Assembly (NCBI GenBank): GCA_963780165.1 | Contig: CAWABB010000008.1 | Coordinates: forward strand, 6,451-70,450 | Length of the DNA stretch: 64,000 bases | DNA from: an uncultured Ignavibacteria bacterium | Lineage (GTDB): Bacteria > Bacteroidota > Ignavibacteria > UBA10030 > UBA6906 | Reading direction: 5' to 3' | The notes under the pieces: model-generated | Told to the model about the DNA's origin: nothing | Databases searched by the model: none | The model's input: only the letters and a program-made list of their open reading frames with translations | Made by a program: the position numbers and the translations under genes | In this document: piece by piece, positions 33,988-42,793 of the stretch | How positions within the stretch are numbered: the first letter of the stretch is position 1 | Layout of the letters: each line of letters opens with the position of its first letter

Positions 33988-35099
33988 AATGCAATATCGC
34001 CTTGCGGGAGCGGCACGCTGTCACGGTTTTGCCCGGATTCTGTCAATATTCTGTCATGAATGGCCTGCAGGCCCCGAATACAGGCACGGGGGTCTGTGCG
34101 TGCGAGGCCCACAGCCTCCATGATGGCGGGTAGATCCAGCGTGACGGTCATTCCAGCGACGTTGGCCCGCAGGCCCGGCTCGGCCACGGCCGTCCCGAGC
34201 CGAACTGGCGCTCTGCCGGTGGTCCGTGACAGCTCCTCGAGCCGGACGATCGCATCCGGCGGGAGGGCAAACACCAGCTCGTACTCGCCGTGCTCTCCGG
34301 CAAGCATGCACCAGGGAGGGAGTCCGTGGGCGGACGCGATGCTCGCTGTCGTGTCGTCGAGGCAGGCCTCCCACCCGGCGTCCAGGTCGATGCCGATGCC
34401 GTTGAGCCGCATCAACTCGCAGAGCGTTGTGAAGAGTCCGTCGCTGCTGTCCATGCATGCCGACGCGAAACCCGAGAGGATTTTCCCCTCCGCGAGCCGC
34501 GCGATTGGGCGAAATGACAGCGAAGCTGTCCGGTCGCCAAGCAGCCTGAGAAGCGCGAAGGCATTTCCCGCCCCCAGCGGCCCTGTGGAATAGACAATAT
34601 CGCCGGGAGACATGCCGACGCGGCGCAGCGGTTTGCTCCCGGCAATCCCTACGGCGCACCCGGTCAGCCGGAGCTCCCGGCCTGTATTGGTGTCGCCCCC
34701 CAGCAAGAACGTTCCGGCCTCGCGAAGGGCGTCGCGTATCCCTTCCTGCAGCCGGCGGAGGTCGGCCTCGGAGGAGTCCGGAGGAAGCGTCTCCGACATG
34801 AGGAGACCCAGGGGCGACGCACCCGTCGCCGCAAGGTCGCTGAGGCTTGCCATGCACGCCACCCATCCGATCATGTACGGGTCGCTGTACAGGCCTGACG
34901 CGATCTCCTCTTCGATCGAGTCAACTGTCACGGCGAGGACGGGCCCTGAGGTGTCGGCAGACCCGGAGGGCGTGCCGGCACGGTCCAGGCGGACCAGCTC
35001 CGCGTCGCTTTCATGGGTCGCGTTGATCTGCAGGGGGGATCGCGAAAAGCCCGCGACGAGAAGATCGATCAGCGCGTTTTCAGAACGGATCGCAGTCAT
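33984..35099 (-). CDS. AIR-synthase-related protein (PurM/ThiL/HypE/SelD ATP-utilising superfamily)
   Basis: DAELV..AVTVDSIEEEI..DPYMIGWVACMASLSDLAATGASPLGLL..GGDTN motifs match the PurM-like fold. The ATG at 35099 forms an ATGA overlap with the upstream gene. Confidence 0.7.
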   Translation of the reverse strand: MTAIRSENALIDLLVAGFSRSPLQINATHESDAELVRLDRAGTPSGSADTSGPVLAVTVDSIEEEIASGLYSDPYMIGWVACMASLSDLAATGASPLGLLMSETLPPDSSEADLRRLQEGIRDALREAGTFLLGGDTNTGRELRLTGCAVGIAGSKPLRRVGMSPGDIVYSTGPLGAGNAFALLRLLGDRTASLSFRPIARLAEGKILSGFASACMDSSDGLFTTLCELMRLNGIGIDLDAGWEACLDDTTASIASAHGLPPWCMLAGEHGEYELVFALPPDAIVRLEELSRTTGRAPVRLGTAVAEPGLRANVAGMTVTLDLPAIMEAVGLARTDPRACIRGLQAIHDRILTESGQNRDSVPLPQGDIAL

Positions 35100-36040
35100 G
35101 AGCACACCCTGAGGAAGTCTCTGTGGACGTTGAATGCGAAGCGGCTGCCACGGACGATTTCACCGTCGATTTCCAGCGCCACCGGTGTCGCGGAGGTGAC
35201 GGTGAGCGTGGGGGTGAGGAAGTGCGTGCAGTGGGAGGATGGGACGCACCGTCCGCGCAGGAGATCCGCAAGGAAGCGCACGAGGTGTGCGTGGCGTGCG
35301 CGGGACAGCAAGACCACGCCCATCATGCCGGGAGCGGTCCATGTGTCAGGGAACGAAAGCGAGCCCGATACCCACGGACTCTTCAGCACAGAAAGGTTTG
35401 TGACCGAATGTGAAGCCGCCTCCCCATTCACCAACATCACGGAGAGGCGCAGGTCGCTCAGGCTGAGGAGCGTCCGTACGATCGCGACGAGAATTGCCGC
35501 GGGAGTTGAGAGCCGTTTCAGGATTCGCAGCAGCGCACCGCCCCCATTGAATCGCGTGTTGGCAGCGGCGGTAACGCCGAACCCGCCGTTGAGCAGGAAC
35601 CATCGGGTCCGCGTCTCTTCGTTCTCGGTGATATCGACCGAAACGGCATCGCGCGGGAGTGTCCTGGAGGCATCGATGGCCACCGGGGTCCCGCGTATGG
35701 TCCGGCGCAGGCGGCGCGGTTTGTGAAAGTCGTTGCTCGAGCCGAGGCCCACCGCTCCGACAGAGACATGTTCGAGCGTGGCCGGGTTCGCAGGTCCCGC
35801 GGCCCCGGAGCGCTCCACGAGCGTGTTGACCATGCTGTTCACCGTGCCGTCACCGCCGGCCGCGATGAACGTCCGCTCGCCGCGTGCGTATCGCATACGC
35901 ACCAGCTCCAGAAGCTCCGGCATCGTGCGGTTGAGAAACGCCGTTCCGCCCATCGCTGCCGCGTCCATCTCCGCCCGCACCGGGGCCCATCGCCTGGATG
36001 CCCGGCCGCCGCCTGCGTTCGTGTTGACGATGATGATCAT
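35096..36040 (-). CDS. Diacylglycerol-kinase-catalytic-domain lipid kinase (YegS/BmrU/LCB5-like)
   Basis: MIIIVNTNAGGGRA N-terminus, the AAGGDGTVN nucleotide-binding motif and a size of 314 aa. Confidence 0.75.
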   Translation of the reverse strand: MIIIVNTNAGGGRASRRWAPVRAEMDAAAMGGTAFLNRTMPELLELVRMRYARGERTFIAAGGDGTVNSMVNTLVERSGAAGPANPATLEHVSVGAVGLGSSNDFHKPRRLRRTIRGTPVAIDASRTLPRDAVSVDITENEETRTRWFLLNGGFGVTAAANTRFNGGGALLRILKRLSTPAAILVAIVRTLLSLSDLRLSVMLVNGEAASHSVTNLSVLKSPWVSGSLSFPDTWTAPGMMGVVLLSRARHAHLVRFLADLLRGRCVPSSHCTHFLTPTLTVTSATPVALEIDGEIVRGSRFAFNVHRDFLRVCS

Positions 36041-36049
36041 GGCGTCCGC

Positions 36050-37009
36050 TCAGATCTGTGACTGCGATGGCCTGCGCATCAGTGTTGCGACGAAGGCGCC
36101 GTAGAGCACGAGGAGAGGCAACAGCCACTCCGGCCGGGCGCTCACCGAGATTGCCGTCAGGCCGAGCAGGTAGACGTGGACGGTGAGTCCGATCGGGCCG
36201 TGGGCTTCCTGGTCCGTTCTGACGCGATGCAATTGAAACTGGGCCGCAATGCTGAGCATGACGGCGAGTGTCAGGAGCGCCATCGCCGGGAGTGCGACCT
36301 TCCGGGCTGCCATGAACGCGGCGGCCAGGAACAAACCGGCGAGAAGGTCGCTGACTATGGAAGCGGCGCGTCTGCCGAACACGACGGGGAACGTGCGGTA
36401 CGCCGTCACCGCGTCGGCGGAAATATCCTTGAAGTAGCCCGCGAGGACGAAGTTGGCGTATCCGAAGAAGACCGCGCCCGCGGCCGCGGGGATGCAGGGC
36501 CGCTGGACGAACGCGATGGAGCCATCGGCGCTGCTTCCCGCCATGACGAAGAGGATGACGACGATCAGCGCGTTGTACGCCGGGCCTCCCCACCAGCGGC
36601 GCTTGAACCATGTGTACGTGGCCAGACCGATGACGCCAAGGATGCCCGGAGCGATGGTATGGGGAGACATGGAAACGAAGACCGTGACGCATGTGACCTG
36701 ACCCAGAAGGCTGACAATCATGACATCCCTGGTCCGCACCTCGCCGCGTGTCAGCGGCCTGTACGGCGCCGAGATGGCGTCGGTGTCCACCTGGAAACAG
36801 TCCGTGAGCGCCTGGCCGAACCCGTACGTCAGAAACGAGGCGGCGGCGATGGCCAGGCCCCGCAGCGGATCGATCTCCCGGGCCAGCGAAAGTGCGACCA
36901 CACCCGTGATTCCCGAGACAAACAGCAGATAGGGACGCATGGTGACCCCGTATGCCGCGGCGAAGCGGAAGCTGAGAATCGGCGCCGGCGTGAACGCAAA
37001 TGATTTCAT
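36050..37009 (-). CDS. UbiA-family aromatic/lipid prenyltransferase (integral membrane)
   Basis: First Asp-rich motif in QALTDCFQVDTDAISAPYRPLTRG and second in FKDISADAVTAYRTFPVVFG, with ~8 hydrophobic helices. ATG at 37009 with an AAGGGA Shine-Dalgarno; the ORF-track start at 37078 is GTG. Confidence 0.75.
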   Translation of the reverse strand: MKSFAFTPAPILSFRFAAAYGVTMRPYLLFVSGITGVVALSLAREIDPLRGLAIAAASFLTYGFGQALTDCFQVDTDAISAPYRPLTRGEVRTRDVMIVSLLGQVTCVTVFVSMSPHTIAPGILGVIGLATYTWFKRRWWGGPAYNALIVVILFVMAGSSADGSIAFVQRPCIPAAAGAVFFGYANFVLAGYFKDISADAVTAYRTFPVVFGRRAASIVSDLLAGLFLAAAFMAARKVALPAMALLTLAVMLSIAAQFQLHRVRTDQEAHGPIGLTVHVYLLGLTAISVSARPEWLLPLLVLYGAFVATLMRRPSQSQI

Positions 37010-37101
37010 CGAATGTCCCTTCAGTGTCCACCACCATGATAGGGAACGGGGAGGGGGAAGATGTCGGGGATTTGTCACGATCCTGTCAGGGGTCGCCGGC
37101 C

Positions 37102-37129
37102 TTGATTTTCATCCGCCGGACGTTATCTT
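37102..37129 (+). promoter_or_regulatory. Candidate promoter for the M14 peptidase gene (TTGATT-N16-TATCTT)
   Basis: TTGATT ttcatccgccggacgt TATCTT lies about 95 nt upstream of the ATG at 37224. It uses the same TATCNT -10 type as other candidate promoters in the window. Confidence 0.4.
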
Positions 37130-37223
37130 GCAGGTGATATGCCTTCGCGCGCAACCCCAGGCTGTCCCCGCAGCGCTCGCCGACCCCATCGCGAACCCTT
37201 TCACCATTAACGGCACCGGAGCC

Positions 37224-39635
37224 ATGCACAGACGAACGATCCTCGCACTGCTCGTTGTGCTCGCCTCGCAGGTCCTTTCAGTCCCGGCCTCCGCCGGCGG
37301 GAACAAGTGGATGTCCGTAGAGATTCCTGTCCCCCGCGCGGGCGACCTGACCGCCTTGATCGCTGCCGGCATCGATCCTGAGGGTGCGCTGGGGAAGCCC
37401 GGCGGTCCGATGAGATTTGTGGTCGACGAGCGGACGCTCGGGAAGCTGTCGGCTTCCGGCGTCAGTGTGCGCGTGGTCGACGGCGACCTCGTAGCGTCGT
37501 ATGCGAGCCGCTTGAAGGGGCCGGCGGATGCCCTCGGCCGGGGCATCGGCAGCATGGGCGGGTACTACACGCTCGAAGAAGTCATCAAACAGCTCGACTC
37601 TCTTCACCTTCTCTTTCCGAATGTCATCGGGGTTCGCGAGAGCATCGGCGTGTCGTTGCAGGGCAGGGCCATCTGGGCCGTGCGCGTCACGGGCGATCCC
37701 GCAACCGCTCCTGCCCGCCCGCGCGTGTTCTTCAACGGCCTTACTCATGCCCGCGAGCCCATGGGGATGATGACGATCCTGCATCTCCTCTGGTACGTGG
37801 GCGAGCGGTATGACGTCGATCCGGAGGTCACGCACCTCCTCGGGACCCGCGAGCTCTGGGTCGTCCCGGTCGTCAATCCCGACGGCTACGAGGCGAACCG
37901 GCGCTTTGCCCCGAACGGAGGCGGGATGCGTCGGAAGAACATGCGGAACGCGGTGACCGACGATGACACCCGCGGCGTCGACCTGAACCGGAACTACGGG
38001 TTTCAATGGGGCTACGACGACTTCGGATCAACCCCTTACCCTGAGGACCTGGCGTACAGGGGATCCGCCCCGTTCAGCGAGCCCGAGACGCAGGTCATCC
38101 GGAACTTCTGCATCGACAGGCAGTTCCTCCTCGCGCTCAACTATCATTCGTACAGCAACGTGCTGATCTACCCGTGGGGATATCTCGATGAGGAGACGGA
38201 GGATTCCCTCATCTACCGGGAGTATGCCTCAGCGATGACCCGGCACAACGGGTACGCGTACGGAACGGGTGACCAGGTGATCGGGTATCCGACGAATGGC
38301 GACGCCGACGACTGGATGTACGGCGAGAGGAGCGTGAAACCGAAAGTCCTGTCGATGACGCCAGAAGTCGGGACCGGCACCGACGGCTTCTGGCCCGAAC
38401 CGGACCGGATCCTTCCTCTAGCCGAGGCGAATGTGCGCCCGAACCTCATCATGCTCTGGGCCGCGGGAGGATACCCGCGCCTCCGGTCGGCGGAAGTGGT
38501 GGACTCTTCGGGCGACGGTTTCCTGGAACGGGGAGAGCCGTTCACGATTCACGCGACCGTTGCGAATGCGGGACTGAGCGGTCTGGACAATCTGAGCGTC
38601 TCGGTTGCGGCAGGCTCGCCCGCCGTCGAACTTGACAGGAAAGACACGACGCTGACCGACATCCTCTCTCGAACGACCCGCGATTGCACGTTCACCGGAA
38701 GAGCGGGATGGACTGCGGTGGACGGCGCGGAGGAGGACATCATCGTCTCGTTCGGCGTTGGCGGAGAGCCCGTGCTCTTCGATTCGATGCACGTGACGTT
38801 CGGCAAGGCACAGGTCGTGTTCCAGGACGGAGCGGAGTCGGACCTTGGCGCCTGGAGACCGTCAAGCAGCTGGGGCAAAAGCTCCGCGTCGCACAGCGGG
38901 GATTGGTCGCTCAGCGACAGCCCGATCGGCGCGTATCAAAACAGCGCTTCTTCTGAGCTGCGGCTCTCCTCTCCGGTGCGGATTCCGGCCGGTGCGACGG
39001 CCGCGGAACTCGTGTTCTGGACGCGGTGGGAGATCGAAACCCTCTATGATTTCGGTCAGGTGCAGGCGTCCACGAATGGCGGGACAACGTGGAGGCCGCT
39101 CGCGGGGAGGTACACGAAGGCGGGTTCGGGCCTCGGCGTGCAGGCGCCCGGTGAACCCGGGTACGACTCACGCCAGATCGAATGGTTGGAAGAGAGGATT
39201 GACCTGAGCGGCTTCAGGGGCGATTCTCTGTTGATCAGATTCGTCCTGAGCAGCGACGAGTATCTGGCGATGGACGGATGGTACGTCGATGACATCCAGG
39301 TCCGCGTCTTCGGCGACGGAGTCTCGTCCGCCGGCGATCCCGCGAGGCAACCCCGGGCGTTCGGGCTGGCCCAGAACTTCCCGAATCCGTTCAACCCCGA
39401 GACCATCATCGAATACACGGTCGGCGAGTGGGAGTCCTCGGGCGAGGGGAGAGGGGTCGAGCTGGTGGTCTATGATCTGCTCGGGCGGAAGCTGCTGACG
39501 CTGGTGAACGAGGCCAAGCGGCCGGGGAAGTACCGCGTCCGGGTGGATGGACGGGGACTTTCGAGCGGAACCTACTTTTATAGAATGCGGGCCGGCGAGT
39601 TCGTCGAGACGCGGACGCTGACGGTCATCCGATAG
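37224..39635 (+). CDS. Secreted M14-family zinc carboxypeptidase with T9SS C-terminal sorting domain
   Basis: Signal peptide MHRRTILALLVVLASQVLSVPASA, M14 zinc motif GLTHAREPMG, and C-terminal LAQNFPNPFNPETIIEYTV...YFYRMRAGEFVETRTLTVIR (T9SS type A CTD). Confidence 0.85.
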   Translation: MHRRTILALLVVLASQVLSVPASAGGNKWMSVEIPVPRAGDLTALIAAGIDPEGALGKPGGPMRFVVDERTLGKLSASGVSVRVVDGDLVASYASRLKGPADALGRGIGSMGGYYTLEEVIKQLDSLHLLFPNVIGVRESIGVSLQGRAIWAVRVTGDPATAPARPRVFFNGLTHAREPMGMMTILHLLWYVGERYDVDPEVTHLLGTRELWVVPVVNPDGYEANRRFAPNGGGMRRKNMRNAVTDDDTRGVDLNRNYGFQWGYDDFGSTPYPEDLAYRGSAPFSEPETQVIRNFCIDRQFLLALNYHSYSNVLIYPWGYLDEETEDSLIYREYASAMTRHNGYAYGTGDQVIGYPTNGDADDWMYGERSVKPKVLSMTPEVGTGTDGFWPEPDRILPLAEANVRPNLIMLWAAGGYPRLRSAEVVDSSGDGFLERGEPFTIHATVANAGLSGLDNLSVSVAAGSPAVELDRKDTTLTDILSRTTRDCTFTGRAGWTAVDGAEEDIIVSFGVGGEPVLFDSMHVTFGKAQVVFQDGAESDLGAWRPSSSWGKSSASHSGDWSLSDSPIGAYQNSASSELRLSSPVRIPAGATAAELVFWTRWEIETLYDFGQVQASTNGGTTWRPLAGRYTKAGSGLGVQAPGEPGYDSRQIEWLEERIDLSGFRGDSLLIRFVLSSDEYLAMDGWYVDDIQVRVFGDGVSSAGDPARQPRAFGLAQNFPNPFNPETIIEYTVGEWESSGEGRGVELVVYDLLGRKLLTLVNEAKRPGKYRVRVDGRGLSSGTYFYRMRAGEFVETRTLTVIR

Positions 39636-39672
39636 TCCACCACCCGCCGTATCCGGGTGAGACGAGCCTGCG

Positions 39673-40635
39673 CTACCGCAAGAAATGCCGGGGGAGGTAT
39701 CCGCGTATCCGGACTCCCGCCGCATCGATGAGCACGGAATCCGGACTCACCCGGATGACGCGGGCGCCTGCGAGCCGGTCCTTGCCTTGACCGAGAACGC
39801 CGGCGGGAACCGCAATGATCACCGAATCTCCCCGGACCCTGACCGCGAAGCGAATCGTGTCCGCAGCGCCCGCTGCGAATTCCGCCGTCGCAGCCAGCCT
39901 GCCGTCGGGCGCGATCTCTACGCGATAGTGATGCGCGTCGATCTCCGAAGCTTCCGCCTCTCCCGGTGACTCCTTTTTCGCGAGCGCCTGATCCGGCCGG
40001 GCCGCAGCATCACCCTTCATGCGGCTCTCTCGCGTCCGACCAGATGCTGCCTCGCTCACCACGATCCCCCCGCTGTCGTACGTTCGCTCGAAGGCCCCGC
40101 CGGCTGCCGGCTGAGGCGTCGCCTTTTTCGCCTCCGGACTCGCCTGAGGCGCTGACGCGCCTACGCCAGGTGCCGCGTGCCTCTCATCCCGAGCCCCGGC
40201 TTTGTCCACCTCATTCGACCGTGGGGCGGAAGGGGTGCGGTCAGCGATGTCCGGCCCGGCGTCTGCTGGTTCCACGGGGGTCTCCGCGGCCGTTGGCGTA
40301 ACAGAGGGCGCGGGGAAGAACCAGCGTTGCCAGAGCGCAATGCCGGTGACGATCATGATCGCTGCCGCGAGCGCCGCGATTCTCCCCCACGGCACGCCCG
40401 GGCCCGGAGCCATCAGGGTGGCTGCGGCGATCCGCCGCTTCAGTTCCTGGCGGCCGGCCAGGCGGACGCCGTCCAGGATTTCCCGTTCCTGTCGGAAGGC
40501 CTCCCTGAGGTCGGAGTCCGTCGCCAGGCGGGCTTCGAACGCGACCCGCTCGGCCGGCGACATCCGGCCGAGAACGAACCGCTCGAGCAGCTCCTCCCGT
40601 TCCCGGTCGCGGGACGATTCACTGTGGTCGTTCAT
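39673..40635 (-). CDS. Putative anti-sigma factor (single-pass membrane protein)
   Basis: Overlaps the 3-prime end of the ECF sigma gene by 17 nt. Short cytoplasmic helical N-domain, one TM helix (IAALAAAIMIVTGIALW) and an Ala/Pro-rich periplasmic part. No zf-HC2 motif seen. Confidence 0.5.
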   Translation of the reverse strand: MNDHSESSRDREREELLERFVLGRMSPAERVAFEARLATDSDLREAFRQEREILDGVRLAGRQELKRRIAAATLMAPGPGVPWGRIAALAAAIMIVTGIALWQRWFFPAPSVTPTAAETPVEPADAGPDIADRTPSAPRSNEVDKAGARDERHAAPGVGASAPQASPEAKKATPQPAAGGAFERTYDSGGIVVSEAASGRTRESRMKGDAAARPDQALAKKESPGEAEASEIDAHHYRVEIAPDGRLAATAEFAAGAADTIRFAVRVRGDSVIIAVPAGVLGQGKDRLAGARVIRVSPDSVLIDAAGVRIRGYLPRHFLR

Positions 40636-41194
40636 AGGCGTTGAGAATCTGCTGAAGCGATTTCTTACATTGGTATTTCCGGGCCTTGGCCGTCTCGGCG
40701 TTGGCGAAACCGAGTCGGTTCGCAATCTCTTCCATGGTCGCCTGCTCCCAGTAGAACAGGAGCAGGATGGCACGGCAGGGCTCTCCGATCTTCTGCAGGG
40801 CGTCGTGGACAGTGCGGGTCCGTTCGACGTCGATCATGGTGTCCAGCGGCGAATCGCCCGGGTCGGCCGTCATATCGATCGTTCCATGGGAAGGGGATTC
40901 CCTGCGCGCGCGGGCGAGACGCCTGAGCCAGAGGTTTCGCACGGTTCCCACGACGAATGTGGACAGCCTGGCGGTGTATTCAAACCGGCCGTCCCGCACC
41001 CGTTCCCAGAGGATCACCAGCGCCTCCTGGAGCATGTCGTCGGCGTCATCCTGAGTTCCGTTATTGGCGGTGACGTACCGCCGGACAGGGCCGTCGCAGA
41101 GACGGTAGAGCATCACCAGTGTCTCTTCGTCACCGCGGCGTATCCCGTCAAGGAGGCGCGCGTCGTCATGCAGAAACAGGGTGGAGCGGGCCAT
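40619..41194 (-). CDS. ECF-type RNA polymerase sigma-70 family factor
   Basis: Region 2 (DDADDMLQEALVILWERV..FSTFVVGTVRNLWLRRL-like) and region 4 (AILLLFYWEQATMEEIANRLGFANAETAKARKYQCKKSL). Confidence 0.85.
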   Translation of the reverse strand: MARSTLFLHDDARLLDGIRRGDEETLVMLYRLCDGPVRRYVTANNGTQDDADDMLQEALVILWERVRDGRFEYTARLSTFVVGTVRNLWLRRLARARRESPSHGTIDMTADPGDSPLDTMIDVERTRTVHDALQKIGEPCRAILLLFYWEQATMEEIANRLGFANAETAKARKYQCKKSLQQILNAYERPQ

Positions 41195-41242
41195 TTACCT
41201 TTCACTCATGAATGACATACAGAGTCGGAAGGTGAACAGGCG

Positions 41243-41270
41243 ATGATACGAAGTATGTTCACGAGATCAA
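41243..41270 (-). promoter_or_regulatory. Candidate promoter for the ECF sigma operon (TTGATC-N16-TATCAT)
   Basis: The minus strand reads TTGATC tcgtgaacatacttcg TATCAT about 48 nt upstream of the ATG at 41194. It overlaps the GTGAACA/TGTTCAC inverted repeat. Confidence 0.35.
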
Positions 41271-41289
41271 ACACCAGGAGGGATGTCCG

Positions 41290-42789
41290 ATGAAAGCACT
41301 GTTGTGGGGAATCTGCAGCCTCGCCGCGATCTCCGCGGCCGCGGCCCAGCCACGGGAGTCCGCGACGGCCAGCGAGCGGTCGGAGGTGAGCCTCACCATC
41401 TATAACCAGAACCTGTCGCTCATCCGGGAGGAGCGCACTCTCGTGCTGCCCCGCGGCACCGGCGCCGTCATCGTCCCCGACATCCCTGCCACTATCGACG
41501 GGACCTCGCTTCATTTCCGGAGCGTCACTGCGCCCGATGCGGTGAAGGTTCTGGAGCAGAGTTATCAGTACGACCTGGTCCACCAGGCGAAGCTCCTCGA
41601 GAAATATGTCGGAAAACAGATCGAGCTGGTCCGCGTGGACCTGTCGACGGAGAAGGAATACAGCGTGCCGGCCGTGCTTCTCTCCACCGGCTTCTCCTCG
41701 CAACAGGGGTATCCGGGCGGGTATGCCGCACTGGGAGGCATGATCGTCGAGATCAACGGCAAGATCGAGGTGAATCCGGGCGGACGCGTCGTGCTTCCGA
41801 GCCTGACCGAAGGTCTCATCCTGAAGCCGCGACTGGAATGGCTCGTCGCCAGCAACAGGGAAGGAAAGCATGACGTCGAAATCAGCTACCTCGCCGGCGG
41901 GCTCTCCTGGGTCTGCAACTACGTCGCGCTGCTCGACAAGAACGACACGAAACTCGACCTCACCGGATGGGTGACGATCACCAACAACTCCGGGACCACG
42001 TTCAAGGACGCGGGGCTGAAGCTCGTCGCAGGCGATGTCAACCTGGTGAAAGATCAGTTTGCCGGCCAGATGAAGGCCATGCGGGCACAGGTTGCGGAGT
42101 TCGACGCGGCCGCACCTCAGTTCAAGCAGGCGGACCTGTTCGAGTACAAGCTGTATTCGTTGCAGCGGCGGACGAACATCAACGCGAGCGAGACGCGGCA
42201 GATCGAGCTGACCTCCGGGCGCGACGTCGCGGCCAGGAAGGTGTTCCTGTATGACGGGCTTGCGGACCAGTGGCACTACTGGAGGAACAACTACTCGTAT
42301 CGTTCGCAGGGGAGCTTCGGGCAGGAGTCGAACCCCAAGGTCGGCGTCTATATGACGTTCAAGAACGTGGAAGCGGGAGGGCTGGGCATTCCGCTGCCGA
42401 AGGGGACCGTGCGCGTCTACAAGCGCGATGACGACGGACGCGAGCAGTTTATCGGCGAAGATCAGATCGACCACACGCCGAAAGACGAGGAAGTGCGGCT
42501 CTATCTCGGCAACGCGTTCGATCTCGTCGGGGAGCGGGCGCAGAAAGACTTCAAGTCGTACGCAAACGGACGCGTGGTCGAGGAGACGATCGAAGTGAAG
42601 GTGCGGAACCACAAAAAGGAGAGCGCCGAGGTGCTCGTCTACGAACACCCGTGGCGATGGAGCCAGTGGGAAATCGTGAACAGCTCAACGAGCTGGACAA
42701 AGGTCGACCAGTCGACGCTGAAGTTCCCGGTGAAGGTGGCGAAGGACGGCGAGGTCACCGTCCGCTATACCATCCGGTACTCCTGGTAG
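41290..42789 (+). CDS. Secreted DUF4139-like (MuiA-type) conserved hypothetical protein
   Basis: Signal peptide, with LTIYNQNLSLIREER and LKLVAGDVNLV motifs recalled from the DUF4139/DUF4140 family. AGGAGG Shine-Dalgarno. Confidence 0.6.
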   Translation: MKALLWGICSLAAISAAAAQPRESATASERSEVSLTIYNQNLSLIREERTLVLPRGTGAVIVPDIPATIDGTSLHFRSVTAPDAVKVLEQSYQYDLVHQAKLLEKYVGKQIELVRVDLSTEKEYSVPAVLLSTGFSSQQGYPGGYAALGGMIVEINGKIEVNPGGRVVLPSLTEGLILKPRLEWLVASNREGKHDVEISYLAGGLSWVCNYVALLDKNDTKLDLTGWVTITNNSGTTFKDAGLKLVAGDVNLVKDQFAGQMKAMRAQVAEFDAAAPQFKQADLFEYKLYSLQRRTNINASETRQIELTSGRDVAARKVFLYDGLADQWHYWRNNYSYRSQGSFGQESNPKVGVYMTFKNVEAGGLGIPLPKGTVRVYKRDDDGREQFIGEDQIDHTPKDEEVRLYLGNAFDLVGERAQKDFKSYANGRVVEETIEVKVRNHKKESAEVLVYEHPWRWSQWEIVNSSTSWTKVDQSTLKFPVKVAKDGEVTVRYTIRYSW

Positions 42790-42793
42790 AGGA

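Noticed and set aside
36939-37223. Upstream extensions of many ORF-track entries (starts at 36939, 26931, 25568, 30156, 32741, 61865, 47647, 47593, 40773, 16462, 7223, 3540, 3457, 23931, 29488, 51642, 35105)
   Set aside because: The track takes the first ATG/GTG/TTG in the open frame. Alignment to paralogues or family N-termini, signal peptides, Shine-Dalgarno motifs and 4-nt stop/start overlaps all favour the internal starts listed in the features.
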